Assembly: GCA_040285855.1 (NCBI GenBank)
Contig: JAUFOQ010000002.1
Location: forward strand, 806,001-870,000
DNA: 64,000 nucleotides
Origin: Eukaryota sp. GEM-RC1
Taxonomy: Eukaryota
Direction of reading: 5' to 3'
Shown here one piece after another: positions 11,435 to 24,767 of the stretch. The notes under the pieces are model-generated. The model was given only the letters and a program-made list of their open reading frames with translations. It did no database searches and was not told where the DNA came from. Position 1 is the stretch's first letter. Each line of letters starts with the position of its first letter. Both the position numbers and the translations under genes were made by a program.

Positions 11435-12022
11435 CCACAGCCACTGAAGTTGGTGGGTATCGAGATATCAGCAAGCCATCTTCCCAGCTATCAGCATTCG
11501 TTTGATGTTTGAATGTTACACTACACTACTAGAACATATCCAAATGCACATTACAAGTTGTAATTTACATCTATCGATGTGTACTGGTATTAGTACTAGT
11601 AATACATGTAGATTTTTTTACCATTATTGCAATCTATTGGTGAGCTTACTTGGTACATCAGCGATAGTATTACTTGACAACACTGCAACACATAGGCCAT
11701 TAATAATGACTCATTATGTATTTAGCCATTATTAGTAAGATAATTTCTTCAATTTGAAGAGGAGGAGTGTATACAGAAACAACAACACAACAAGCATGTG
11801 TACTTGAATACTAAATAACATGAATTCCTCAAGATTAATTTCAGATGCTATCAATACCAGATTACTTCACGATTCCAAGGTGTACATTACTAGAAAGAAC
11901 CGAATTTAAAAACAAACACACGCTGTCATATTGTAATACACAAATCTGATTTCTGGATAAAATAAAATTGACACACATATTTGCAGTGGCAGACCTAGCT
12001 CTGCAATACATACAGGGACAAA

Positions 12023-12094
12023 GCCCCAATGGTCTAGTCGTAAGATTCCTGCATCGGGAGTAGGAGATCCCGGGTTCAAATCCCGGTTGGGGCC
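12023..12094 (+). tRNA. tRNA-Pro (CGG)
   Basis: Acceptor GCCCCAA/TTGGGGC, D-arm GTCT-AGTCGTA-AGAT, anticodon arm CCTGC-ATCGGGA-GTAGG, T-arm CCGGG-TTCAAAT-CCCGG. Followed by TTTT (Pol III terminator-like). Confidence 0.88.
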
Positions 12095-12487
12095 ATTTTG
12101 AAAAGCCATGTTTTTACAGCTCAATGCTATCAAAGTTGAACTTATTATTCCAGAATGTTATATATTATACATCTTGAATAGGAAAGAAAATTAATTGAGG
12201 CGCGCAACCAAACTTTGCAGAGAGTTCATCATTTTTGTTCCCTCTACAAATGTTCATGCAATTTTGCGACGTATGCGAGAAGTACTCCCTTCAAGTGCGT
12301 TGACTTGTCTGACATGTACTGATCTTAGAAAAAGTGCCCTCATTGCGATTCTTTCACACGCTCTGCTCATCCTGCTAGATTCTCCCCTGATGATAAGTTC
12401 TCCAAACAGCGCCTTATGAACAAGATGAGGCATGGTCTCCTCCCCTAATTAAAAAAGGATTCTTACATATGTTTTATAGTTTTGTTT

Positions 12488-12898
12488 TCACAGTGGTTTC
12501 GTTTCATCTTCTAGTGCTCCTTGAGAAATGTTCTGTGCTATTGCACAAGTCTTATCTAATAACTCACCCAAACTTCTCAACATTGGTACTGAACATAAAA
12601 CTTCATAATCTAACTGTAAATCAACAGTATTTCCGTATAAACGAGTGTTACAATCCGCCATGGACGAAATGGTGCTAGTAATTGATGCCACTACTGATCT
12701 AGTGTTTTCAACTGAATCACACAATATTGAGGTACCTTGATGAGCCGCTAGATGAAGAGATGCAGACACTCTGTCGGAGAACCGGGTCAATGACTGTTCG
12801 AGTTCAGCTTTACTGCGCTGAAAGTTCCGTTCGTACTGTGACAGTTCCTTTTGCGAATGATTCAGGGGTGTTTCTACATACAACTGTGTCCTGAGCAT
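12488..12898 (-). CDS. Small helical protein, possibly BLOC1S1/GCN5L1-like
   Basis: 136-aa ATG-started all-helical ORF, divergent from RabGGT-alpha. Size and heptad pattern resemble BLOS1, but this is weak. Confidence 0.5.
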   Translation of the reverse strand: MLRTQLYVETPLNHSQKELSQYERNFQRSKAELEQSLTRFSDRVSASLHLAAHQGTSILCDSVENTRSVVASITSTISSMADCNTRLYGNTVDLQLDYEVLCSVPMLRSLGELLDKTCAIAQNISQGALEDETKPL

Positions 12899-12964
12899 TT
12901 GCTCTTTTTATCGAGATTGAAGTTCTTTGTTTTTTTCCTGTTTAATTTCTTCTTGTTATTATAC

Positions 12965-14206
12965 ATGCATGGAGTCAAGAAACGCCAGTTAGGTATCCAA
13001 GAAATTGATGAACAACGTCAACAGCTTTCTGTCTTCAAGGAGAATCTTGATCGTTTTCTATCTAATCGTTCCAACTTCACGAAGGAGATCTACACTCTAA
13101 CATCATCTGTACTTCTTTTCAATCCTGAAATCTACACTGCATGGAACTTTCGCCGTCAATACATCCAAAACTCTGACAACAATCCATCCCTTTTTACCAC
13201 TGACCTCTCTCTTACACTCCAATGTCTCACCAAAAACCCTAAGCTCTATCCAGTCTGGAATCACCGTCGTTGGATCATTTCCTCTATGCCCGAGCCTCCT
13301 CTTGAGAAAGAACTTGCCCTCTGCCATAAGTTACATTCTCTTGATGGACGTAACTTCCACTGCTGGAACTATCGTCGTTTTATTTCTGATTGTTGTAAGA
13401 AAAGAGGACTTTTGATTGGAACTGATGAGACGGAGTTTAACTACACTCAAGTTTTAGCAGAGAAAAACTTTTCAAATTACTCCACGTGGCATCATCGTTT
13501 GAATCTCTTAAAAAAGTTATCAGCAACAAAGTCTTGCTCTGTTCCGTCTTTTCTCGATGAATTTCTGTTTGTTCGAGATGCTTTGTATTGTGATCCTAAT
13601 GACGAGTCCGTTTGGTTGTATGTTCGGTCACTTTTGGAAAATCAAAGTACTGATATGATTCCACAAGGGTTTGATTCAGTCTCTGTGTTGAAATCTACTG
13701 ATGATTTCATTGTTAAAGCAGTGGATCATCGATCGATTTTGATTGAGGGTCGTGGTGACGTGGTTATTGATCCGATGCAGGTTTCGGTTGATTGCAGTAA
13801 GTACGATGAATATGAGGAGTTTCCGTCTTTTATAACTTTCTGCAAGCAAAACCTTGTTCTATTGACTGCTATCACGCCATTTCTGACCGATACACGTTCA
13901 GTTGAGCTCACCATTGGTGATTGTAGTTATTCTTGTACATTTCCTTCCAGTTTTGAGTATGATGCTGATCAAAACCTTGTTTTTATTGTTCTATCAATTA
14001 CTGCGGATCTTTTGAGTTTAGAGCCTGACTCGAAATGGACTTTACTAAGTAAAGCGATTATAATTGAAAATTTAATTTCCCATAGTGAAGCTCTTCAGTC
14101 ATGGACATGTCCCACACTGCATGACGTTTACCAAAAACTTAACATAATAGATCCTGACAGACACGGTTTCTATCAGTATAAATTAGACCAACTATCACGG
14201 TCGTAG
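12965..14206 (+). CDS. RABGGTA: Rab geranylgeranyltransferase alpha subunit
   Basis: True start MHGVKK at ATG 12965. PPTA repeats NPEIYTAWNFRR, NPKLYPVWNHRRW, DGRNFHCWNYRR, NFSNYSTWHHR, DPNDESVWLY. C-terminal DPDRHGFY. Confidence 0.93.
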   Translation: MHGVKKRQLGIQEIDEQRQQLSVFKENLDRFLSNRSNFTKEIYTLTSSVLLFNPEIYTAWNFRRQYIQNSDNNPSLFTTDLSLTLQCLTKNPKLYPVWNHRRWIISSMPEPPLEKELALCHKLHSLDGRNFHCWNYRRFISDCCKKRGLLIGTDETEFNYTQVLAEKNFSNYSTWHHRLNLLKKLSATKSCSVPSFLDEFLFVRDALYCDPNDESVWLYVRSLLENQSTDMIPQGFDSVSVLKSTDDFIVKAVDHRSILIEGRGDVVIDPMQVSVDCSKYDEYEEFPSFITFCKQNLVLLTAITPFLTDTRSVELTIGDCSYSCTFPSSFEYDADQNLVFIVLSITADLLSLEPDSKWTLLSKAIIIENLISHSEALQSWTCPTLHDVYQKLNIIDPDRHGFYQYKLDQLSRS

Positions 14207-14580
14207 CTGTGACAGTCAAACTCTAGATAGATTGCCTTTTCTGTGACGTTATCAATCAATTTTGATCACGTGGATTTGACCTTCCAGTCTAGTGTAAGTA
14301 ACAATAAACAAACTCTTGTTTTTCCAGGAATAGTCATTTATCATCATTTAGAAATCCATATATAAAGTCCATGTGTTTGTTTGAATTTGATGCGTGTGGA
14401 AACAGTCGCAATAATCTGGATTAACTGATTTAGAAATTACAGTAAATTGAATAATTTAATTTAATGCCTTTAAGAAAGCAACAAAAAGAGGTCAAAACTA
14501 TGATACAAAAAAGGGAAAGTAATTAATAAATAACAAACAAAACATCTAAAGCATGAGACTTAAATCAGCTCTGATTCAGC

Positions 14581-17500
14581 TTAGAGAAGACAAGGACTCA
14601 GCATTATGGAGAGCTTGTTGAGCTTCACTTTTAACTTTTCCAAAAACCTAGATCTATGAACCTCCTGATGAATTGTAAACGAATCCTCTGTTGTTCTGTC
14701 AGTACTGGTACTAGAAACTTGACTTCCCAGGAAATGACGTGGCGGACCAACATTACGTCTCAAATTACGATCTAAAGTGCTAGAATCACTAGGCAGAGTC
14801 ACTCTTTGAGGTCTAAACGAGGTATGGCTCTCAGAAGAAGTTGTAAGATCAATCTGTTGAAAAGGGGAAGTTGATGGGAAGGTATCAGGAAGTTGAACGT
14901 TTCTTAAAGGAGAAGAACTTACGGATGCTGATGACGTGTATTCCGGAGAAGTCAACGACGGTGACGTGTCAACTGAAGGTGATGACGTGGCAGTAGGACT
15001 CACAGCTGCTCGCTGCAATAAAGACTGATGTTCATGTGCTGTTTCTTCAATCATTTTGCTCAATCGCTCACGTTCAGCTTCCAATTTGGGTAACATCTCC
15101 CTATAAACACGTCTTCTTTCATCTTCAGGAAGGTCTAATAGCTTACGTTCACGTTCCACACGTAGAATATTCAAAGCCTCTGAGTGTCGCTTGTACATTT
15201 CGCCAAGTTCAGCATCAGTTCTCGATCTTAAATCACGACGGAAACGCTCAAATTGATCACGTTCTTGCTGACGTACATCACTTGCTTCTTTCAGTAACTC
15301 TCGCTCAAAATCAAGTCTATTTTTGAGCTCAGCCTGAGCTCTTTCCAAATCAACGAGTTTCATCTGATCCTTTCTCCTTCCAGCATCAAACTCCAACAGC
15401 ACATCCTTTAGTCTATCTTCCTCCTTATCTTCTGCTTCTGTGGCTATCTTGAGCTCTTCTCTAATAGCTAACTCCCATTGTGATGACCTGAGCTCAGACT
15501 CAGCATCACGAAGACGTTCTGCTTGCTTCTCCAACTCCAACGCTCTTCGCTTCTTGTCATTTTCCAATAGTTCACGTCGTTCCTTGGCCAAATCAGTATG
15601 GAACTGGGTTCGTTGCTCAAGAATGTTACGTAAGTTATGCTCTTCTTGTTTCCTTTTCAGTTCTTCTCTATCTTTGGCTTGTTCCCATGACTGTTCTGTC
15701 AAGATATACTCCTCTGTCTCAACTTGACGTACTCGACTCTCTGCATCGAGTTTCCTCTCCATCGCTCTACGTTCAAGTTCAGCTTCCATTAGTGATTGCT
15801 CTATTTGGAGCTGGTCTTGAGCTTTCAGAGCTTCATCGCGTGATACTTGCCTTCGCTGACGTGCAGCGTTCAATCTAATCGCTCTCGCCTTATCTTCTGC
15901 TTCTAATTTGGCAACAACATCCTGCCGTGTTTCCTCACGTGTTTTTGCAGCTTGGTCAATCATGAACGACATTTGTTTTCCATGTGATTCTTCAACAATC
16001 TTCGCTTCTCGCTCTATTTCTCTCTGTAAAGAATTCAACTCCGCCCTTCTTAGTTCTTCTTCTTCAGCTCTAGACTCAACTGCATAGTTGTTGGACCTTC
16101 TCAAATCCTGAGCTCTTTGGTCAAGGTGAGTCAAGGCATCCTCACGTGATGATTGCAGAGCTTTAAGAAGAGCAAGAGATCGTTGTTCTTTGAGTTCAAG
16201 GTGTTTGAATCGTAACTGGCGCTCAGCTGATTGTCTTTTAGCATCACAAGATAATTTAAATTTGTGTTCCATTGAGACAATTTTTGATTTTTTCTTTTTC
16301 TAATTGTTTAAGATAATCTAATTGGGACAAATGATTCACAGTATCAGCTTGCAACTTCTGTAACTTCTTCATGATATCCCTGGTAGACGCTCTGGACAGC
16401 TCTTCCTTCAAATATTCCTCCTCTTCTTCTTTGATCAGGTCAAGCTCCCTCACGGCCTTCTCGGGGTCAAAGGGGGGGAGGCAGGGAGGCTGTGGGGTAT
16501 GTGGAAGAAGTGGCGGGAAGGTAAGTAAATGAGGAGAGGACAAAGGAAGGGAAGAAGATTGATGATGTTATGAAATTTAAAATTTCTGCAGTTGTTTTGA
16601 AGAGATCTTGAGTTGAAATTGGTAAGGGAGAATTGAGAAACTTTAAAATTTGCTCTTTTGTAGATAAATTCATGACGGCAGTCGCTATCATTTTGTGACA
16701 GGCAACCGGAAGTGTCAAAAAGAAGGCTTGATTGTGTGTTATGACGTGATCAAGAATTTGAAAGGCTTCATCGTGAGAAAACCAATTAGTGAAAATTGAA
16801 ACGATTCCCTTCCAAAATAATTGTGGCGGTGAAATTTCAAATTGCTTATAAAATTCAAATAAGTTTGGACACACGTTTGATAACAAACTGAACTGAGATC
16901 CTAAAATATGAATTGGTAAATGTGGCCGATAGTCTAGGAGTCCTCGGAAGAAATTTAAAATAAAAAACAAAGAAAATTCAAATAATTCAATATCTGATCG
17001 AAACACGTGAGAAAAGAACGTCACCAAATTTGAAATTTCCAGCACTGCGGACATTGATGCCAAGTCCGGAATGACAAATTCTAAATATTTCACAATTTTA
17101 TCAGCTTTTTTCATTCCAACCAGATAATTAAATTTTTTACAGACATTTTCAAACGCACTCTGATTGAGAGGTAAACAACACACGTACTTATAAACAGAAG
17201 CCCGATGACTCGTAGGAAATCCCTTTTTACGTGCAAGATAACCTACTAAATCTGAGTAGTAGTCTTGATCATTCTCCAAAGAGAAAGAAGCAGAACTACT
17301 TGAGGAAGCTGAGGGTTGCTGACGTGATTGGGAACGTGATTGATGACTTGAAGATGCCAAGACTGGAGAAAACCGACGACTTGGCTCGCTGATTGATGAC
17401 GATAGAGGTTGTTGACTCAATGAGGAAAGAGTTTCTAAATCAGTTAAAGGAGGGTGATGTGATTGAGATCGTGATTGTGAAACTGATTGGGAAACTGGTT

Positions 17501-18674
17501 GATCACTGGAAACTTGCTCTGAATAACGACGTGTTGATTGCGAGAAATCAACAGACTCAGGTTCAATTCTAGAAAATGGCGGAAGTAAGGGCTCATTTTG
17601 ATTGCTGTCTTGGAAACGTGTGATTTCCACCTCGATACTCCTTGATGACAAGCCCAACCTTCCCAATCCACGTCTACGATTCTCTTCAATCATTTTGAAG
17701 CAATCAATAACATCTACAGTCGACAATCCATCATCAATCAAACTGGTTCGGGCAACTGCCACTTTACAACCATACCCACTACTTGATTGAACAGCTCCTG
17801 ACCTAAATGCTAACAACTCCAGCTTAGTAGCTGTTACTAGAGTAGCCAAACGAAGACCATCAAGAGTAGAGATGGCGAGTAGACAAGGTGAGAGGAGAGA
17901 GATATTTGAAATATTGGTAGGGAAGTCGTAGATTTGACAGATTGAAAACTGAGATGACGACGATGAATAATTGATGATATACAATAAATTTTTAGAAAAA
18001 ATGTAGAAATTTTTAAATTTACATTCTTCAAATGAAAGAACCACGCCCTTATCTTCACCCAACATTACTACAATGCTGGCAACAACAGTGTTTCTTTCAA
18101 AGTCAAACACTAAAACACTTCCAGATACTGTCAAAAGAAAAATAAGATTATCTGGACCAAAACAAAATGAAGTGAAAGGAGATCGGAAGGAAGAAGATAA
18201 ATGGAAGTTGAGAGACGTTGAGACACTGCAAGAAGGATATTTGAAGAGAAAGAATGTGTCAGGAGTCAATACTCCAAAGAAAGGCTTGCGAGGAGAGAAA
18301 AGAGCAGTAAGTGGAGATGAGAAGGAGTGGCAGTAGAGAAGTTCTTCATGTTCTGCAGCACATGGATCAATTAAGATGACATCGGAGGTGGAACGAGCGA
18401 GAACAAGATGTCTATTTCTTGGTAAGAGTCTGCTTAGACTTAGAGAGAGAATAGGAGATGATGTTGGAGGTATTGATCGATAGAAATTGTTTCTGCCGAG
18501 ATCGAATAGATATATGTGGTTGGTAGAAAGAAGAACAGCAAAGGCGTCTCCAGAAGGAGAAAACGACACATTAACAAAACGAGACGGAGACTGTATAGAC
18601 AGAACAATATCTCCAGAAGGCTTCTGCTTTGACCACAGACATCCAGTCTGTTGATCAGTTAGTAGAAGTGCCAT
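14581..18674 (-). CDS. TBC1D31: TBC1D31/WDR67-like protein (WD40 + TBC-like + coiled coil), split by frameshifts
   Basis: Start MALLLTDQQTGCLWSKQKPS (ATG 18674) resembles the TBC1D31 N-terminus. TBC-like GFPTSHRASVYKYVCCLPLNQSAF, LFW...F...FSHDEAFQILDHVIT. Joined across +1 shifts at the G7 run 16472-16478 and the T6 run 16288-16293 to a long coiled coil. Confidence 0.75.
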
Positions 18675-18914
18675 AAGATCATCAAAAATTCGGATGTCTA
18701 TTATTGGAAAATTGGGTCTTCCTATTAATACACAGGTTGATCTAACTAGGCTCACTGAGACTAATTTTAACATGATTCACAGTCATCAATTTTAAAATCA
18801 GTTTCACTGAAAGCAATTTTCTGATGAGACAAGTTATTAACAAACCTTCTTTAACCATCGTTTATTTCTGTTTATCTCACATCTTTTTTAACACTCTTTT
18901 ATTTTATTATAAAT

Positions 18915-20200
18915 GTAATAGATCAAACAACTAAAATTTGATATCATTAAAACAACACCCGTCGGTATCAAGTCTTACAGCTTTGTCTTCGTAAAAGGAA
19001 CTCACAGCTACAATGTAGTAAAGCTTTGCAGATGATTATCGGATTTGTTTTAAACAATAATTCCTATTCAACATGTTTTACATGTTTTAGAGCCATCAAT
19101 GGTTTTTGTACTTATCCTGTTTGGCTTGTTCAGAAATGTCTAAAGGGGGAGGTTCAGACGAAGCGTTCTTTAAGGATGTCTTTTTACAAACATCAACCGA
19201 CACTACATCAACAACAAACAATTTTTCTGAAGAAGAAGAAACAACAACATCTGCTCTCCATTTACCAAAAAATTGGTTCTGTTTTTCGTCATTACAATTG
19301 CTATTTGGTGCTAAAGCAGGGATGTTAAAAAATATATTTTTTATTTATTTATTGCAATAAATATTATTTATATCTTTATTGTCAACAGTTGGATCACCAA
19401 TATATTTATTGTCTCAATCGGTAATATGCAATAATATTGCAATTTATTTCAATATTGTGACAATATATTTTCATGCTAAATTGTCGTGTTTTCATTTGCA
19501 AATATCGAACTTTCTTCAAACAACTCGTTCAACGATGTCTCAATTTTGAAAAAATATGATACAAACAGTTGACCATACTGTTATGAATCAAAATGACTAA
19601 TGATTTTAGTTGTTCGAAAGATTGTTCAGTCGTACAACGCTTACTACTGGCACTCTTCGATCACGTTTGCACCCTTCAAGCCTTGAGAATCAGTTACTTT
19701 TACTGTACAACTCGCAACTTTGACATGAAAATACTACTCGAAGAATTTTTCTCCACAGTCCTTGTCAAGATTTGTTGCACCAAGATTGGGATGTAATGGA
19801 CAAATAATAGACTGTAATACTACAGTGAAAATTTTTCATAAAACCCTGTTGATTCTACATTATACTAGTACTAGAGATATTGGCAATAAATATATATATT
19901 TATTGTCAAATTTGACAATATCAATATATTTATTGTAAACCCACACAATATTATATTTATTTAAATATATTTTTTAACATCACTGTTCTAAAGATCTTAG
20001 AAGTACAAATGATTCAATTTTGTAAGACTTACACATAGCATGTATGTGATCTCTTAAAGCTTCATGCATACACGTTCGATAAGTTATGTAGCGATTACAA
20101 CTTAACAGATGAGAAAACGTTAATTGTTTTCCACAGCTACATTGAAGATCACTTGGCAAATTATATGGCCATAAATAACAACGAATAAAAAAATCTCCCA
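18915..20200 (-). mobile_element. Decayed RLE-type non-LTR retrotransposon 3' region, interrupted by a hAT MITE
   Basis: 19986-20200 encodes the zinc knuckle CSCGKQLTFSHLLSC...HEALRD. 18915-19170 closely matches 31884-32245. Confidence 0.75.
19317..19985. mobile_element. hAT-type non-autonomous element
   Basis: 23-bp TIRs CAGGGATGTTAAAAAATATATTT vs CAGTGATGTTAAAAAATATATTT (22/23). TSD TGCTAAAG (19309-19316) vs TTCTAAAG (19986-19993), 7/8. ATATATTTATTG subterminal repeats. Confidence 0.85.
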
Positions 20201-20537
20201 TCGATGGTTTTCCGTTTTTTTAGAACAGATAATTTTAGATAATTGTACATTGAGCCCTGCGCTTCGGGAAAAATTCAAGGGCAATTATAGAAGCTGCCTG
20301 AGTGAGACTTAATTGATTAGTGACTAATACGACAAACAAATGCAGTACTGTAGTATAAATATAAAGTCTTCTTTTAACACAAACACATATTAACATCTTT
20401 TTGACAAGTTGTTGTTTGAAGAATTCACAGTGACCTTCTACAGTACGATTTCAATACCTGGCAAATGTGGTTTTGTTGTCTGAAAAATAATGCATAGTTA
20501 ACTGAAATGGAGGAAAAGTTTTTATTTGGTTAATAAC

Positions 20538-23500
20538 TTAGTCTGAAACCTGACCCAAAGAAAACTCGACAATGCAGCGTCCCAAAATCAAGTATTGAAC
20601 TGATGGACTTACGAGACACTGTTTGGCATTTAAATAAATACGAATATCAGTAAGAAATCCTAAAGAAAACCCAGAATTTACCAAAACAAACCAATGTAAA
20701 TAAATTCTCCAACGATAAAAACGACAGATGCTCGATTTCCCCTCATTTCCTACCTCTTTTGCACTTCCTTGATGTCCCCGTCTTGTTTTCTGTCCGTGAA
20801 CTGAGTCAAAGTCTAGACAGACTCCCTTTTCTCTCGCGTAACCAATCAATTTTGACCACGTGGATCGACTCTCACCCAAGGCTCCGGTATTAGCAACAAT
20901 AAACAAGAAATGTTTTGCTCTGGTTATTGCAACATTTAGCCTTTTATCATCCTTTAAAAACCCAATGTTAGATGAATTAGAACGAACAGGAGAACAAAAA
21001 ACAAAATCGGCTTCAGATCCTTGAGCGGAATCAGCAGTTGTAACAGTAATATTTAAAAATGGTTTGGAACTAATAGCAGAAAGTTTACGCGTGATCAAAG
21101 ATTTCTGGCCCTTATAAAAGCAAATAATAAGCAAAGTAAACGACCGATCATCAATACCAAAATCATTAAGATTGGCTTCAAGTACAGTGATAAAACATGA
21201 TAATAATTTAATAAGTTCGTTACATTCCACGTCATTAGCATAGGAATGATTTCTTCCCAGGAATTCTGAACCATTATGGCTATAGACCGCGAAATGTCGA
21301 AAGGATGATCGCATGGCAGCAAAAACTCTTTTCAAATCACTGGAAATTTGATAGTTTGTCAATAAAGCGTTGTTATAGAACTCCTTTGATGGAAACTGGA
21401 CAATGTCCTGGTGCATTCTGTACTGTTCAATTAAACAAGAAAATCTATTCGATTCTTGATGTAAAGGAAGAATTCTTTCAAATAAAGATTGTTCTAACGC
21501 TCGGGCTTTGCTAAGTACAGTTGCGGCTAACTGTTGATGGTCTCCGCAGAGTACAACTACAGAGGATCTCTTAAGTAGTCTTAGGGGGAGAATGTTTGTG
21601 GTTTCAGTACATTGGGTTGCTTCGTCAATAATTAAAAAATCAAAATATTCGGAAATTTCTGAAAAACTGAGGGAAGCAGTAGATCCAAGTGTACTGAAAA
21701 TGATAGGATGACGTTGTATGAGTGCTGTTCTGCTGACTTCCAGAGACTTTTCCTTCAGTGAGTCCAATGTATATGGTTCTAAGTCATCATTCAAAGTCTG
21801 TGACGTTACTCTTGCTATTAAAGGTTTCAAATGAGTAAAGTCCAAACATCGAGTCATGATCTCATTGCAAGCTTGATTACTTGGAGCACAAATTAAAATT
21901 TTCTTGTTTCTTTGAATTAGAATATCGATTAGAGTCACTAGACAAGTAGTTTTACCTGTACCTGGTGGTCCTTGGAGAAGATAAAAACCACTAGAAGTTG
22001 CTAAAATGTTCAATAAGCTTTGCTTTTGAGATTGGTTTAGTCGTAGGCCAGTACGTGGAATTGGTCGAAGTTCACTGCTAGGAGATGGGATTTGTAAGGG
22101 AGAAGCACGGCCTCGAATTAAGGAATTTTTGAAAATTTCAGAGATATTTCGAATTTTAGATACACTGTCCCATTCACGAGCATACGTGGCAACTGAATCA
22201 AGGAGTACAACTCCAAAGGTACTTCCAGATACTAAAAAGGAAGACAATTTTGAAATATTTCTAAAAACAATGGAGATTTTACGTTTTTCCTGGATTTTTA
22301 CAATCCCTAAAAACACCGCATCACCCGAATAAGCCTCTCCTTCAGTTGAAAATCGTTCTAGCTCCTCAACATCTCCAAACAAAACTAAATCACTGGTTTT
22401 CAATGTGAATTTAGCTGAATCTGAGTCAAACTCAAGCAAAGAACTCTGAAGACTTCTTCTATCAGGATCAGTGACAGTCAATGTAAAATAACTTGGTTTA
22501 GATATTCGGTCTTGAAGAGTGACCAACTTCCGCCGTTCGAATCCCTGTGACTCCAAAATTGCAGCAATTGAATAAAACATTTCCACTTCAATCAACGGAG
22601 CAAAGAAATCGGTATAGGCATCATCTGAATCGAATCTTGGTGGTGCTGGGCGACTGGGAAACTCTCTCAATGACGTGACTGATGACGTGTTGAAGAAAGC
22701 AGTAGGAGGAAGTTTTAAAATATGATCGAATATATCTAATTCTGAATAATCTTTAGGTTTTTCCTTTTTGGAGTCTGTCCTAATGGCCCTTGTATTTGTT
22801 TCATTGGAAGAACTGATTTAGTTGGAAGTATAACATTAGGTTTGCGTAAAAGAGACTTTTCTATTCTGGAAGTTAAAGATGGAGTTACTGTTGTTGAAAT
22901 CGAATCAAAAACAGTGGGAAATTCAAATTTTAACTTGATTTTGCACTGGGGAGTGAACTTCTCAATGTTCTCGGTTAGAAGTGAGAACACTGGAGAGAGG
23001 AATGAAGGATCGGTGGTCCTGAAGTTAGTGTCAAAATGTTTTAAGGATTCGGTGAAATAATTGAATAATTTGTCTATAGTGAAAGATCCTTGCATTGAAC
23101 ACAGTGCTAGATTTTTAAAATATTGAACAATACAACTTTTAAGAGACGGATAAAAGTCCAACAACGGAATAATTACAGTATTTGACAATCGACAAAAGAG
23201 ATCAGCAATGACTTCTAACGACTTCTTTCCCGAAGAGGACAACTGACTTAAAGGCAGCACTTCTAGAAACAGAAGATATCTCGAAATAAACGTTGAAGAA
23301 GCATAAAAGAAGGTAATATTAGCTTGTTCAGATTCTTCTGAGTCAAAGTTTAGAGGCTCGAATTCTGCAACAAAGGGTTCCTGTTCAATAAATCCAATTA
23401 AATAGGAGGAAAAGATACCGAAATTCCTGAGAACTTCTACTGGTTTCAACTTGGGGAAAGAAATAAGTAGCTTGTCAATGATTTTGATTGCCACGTCAGC

Positions 23501-24696
23501 AACGAACTCATTATTGACAGATGAAACCCTGGCTATCAGTCCCAGAAGACAATTCTGGACATCGATATTCAATGGAACTGCAATCTTTTGTTTAACTTTT
23601 GCTATGAATTTGTTGTATAACGTGGGCCACACTTTGTTCTTATCCTGATAACAAATAAGAAAACCTAAGACCATGAACTGCTCACCGACCCTCATGACGT
23701 CATCACTGACAACTGGATTAGTCGAAAGTGACTCTGTAACTAATGATTGCAGCTCTGAAGAATATTTTGTAATAAACGTGTCGATAGAATATCCTATTAA
23801 ATTAAAAAATTCAATAGAATCTCTTGAAGGTGAAAGAATCCGCACAAACAAGGTACTTCTAATAACAGAATACTGTAGAGTTTCTCCCCTTGTGTTACTT
23901 AGGTACATTGCAACGTATTTCTCTTGTAGAAACAAAGGAATTGGCTTTTCAATGGACAATTTTGAAAAATATAAGTGACAATAGTTTTCAATTAGAGAAT
24001 CAAATATTTGCGAAAACTGCAAACATTTTGAAGTAAACTTTTCTTGAAGTTTCTCAGCTAAGTATTGCAGTTCCCCATCGACATCAAAATTAAAAATTAA
24101 AAATCCTTTCAATAATTTTGATAGAATTAAAAGAAGTCGATGAGTTGTGTCAGAATTTTGAGAAAGATATATATGAAAACACTTATCATCTAGTAATTGT
24201 TTCCAAAGGAGTTTAAATTTTGAAAAATCTCGATAAATCAACTGAAAATGTAGCGAAATTAAAACATATTCAAACCCTTTTTTTCAAGTCCATCTACCAG
24301 CAAATGGTCAATGTAAGCCGAGAACAATGGACATCGTTCAAAACATTGAATAAGTGGTGATAGTGACAGACAAAAGTAATGAGACAGATAGTGGAAGTTA
24401 ACTGGAGGTTCAGAAACTAGAAGTTGTTTGAGCGCGAGTGGATAGAGATGGTAAATATTGTCTGAAATGGCTAATGGTGGTAACTTATCAACAAGGTCAA
24501 AGAGCAAAGAAAACGACAGAGAAAATGTCGAGAGTGAATGTGTCGAAGCTGGAAGATTATAGATGCATGATTCAAGGAGGATTTGAACAATCGATGAAAT
24601 GGAAGAACTTGAAGTCAAGTCTTGTTCTATGGACAACAGTGAGTTTTGATTGTCTAGGTTATCTTCTACATTGCTAAGAAATGAAGATGTAGACAT
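20538..24696 (-). CDS. SEN1: Sen1/senataxin-like Upf1-family SF1 helicase with long helical N-terminus, split by frameshifts
   Basis: Motifs LNQSQ, LQGPPGTGKT, ICAPSNQA, IIDEATQ, GDHQQL, QYRMH, DSAQGSE and RLNVAITRAK. Three ORFs join by -1 shifts at T7 24278-24284 and T5 22765-22769. The true end is probably about 20743 (…GSAKRGRK*) after a further slip. Confidence 0.8.
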
Positions 24697-24767
24697 TTAT
24701 TGGGAGAAACTCTTTCAAAAATTGTCATCAAGAAGTCCCTTCACTTAAGGGCTTAAATCTTTGCTCC

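Noticed and set aside
11906..12133. 75-aa minus-strand ORF, and the many other short ORFs antisense to or overlapping real genes (e.g. 25984-26646, 63345-63611)
   Set aside because: Shadow frames of the tRNA or of conserved CDSs, with no independent motifs.
12851..12964. TTG/GTG-started N-terminal extensions in the ORF track (also 10666, 25309, 39323, 58239)
   Set aside because: This is a eukaryotic locus, and homology begins at the downstream ATG in each case.
16465..16480. CTT-TGA-C at the TBC1D31 break, identical to the bacterial prfB +1 shift site
   Set aside because: It lies on a C7 run. Other breaks in the window go in both directions and are not stop-adjacent (NCKX motif DSTIT resumes before the stop), so a homopolymer indel is simpler.
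24270..24290. A_AAA_AAG slippery heptamer at the Sen1 -1 break
   Set aside because: It is also an A7 run, I see no downstream stimulatory structure, and the other -1 sites lack X_XXY_YYZ heptamers.
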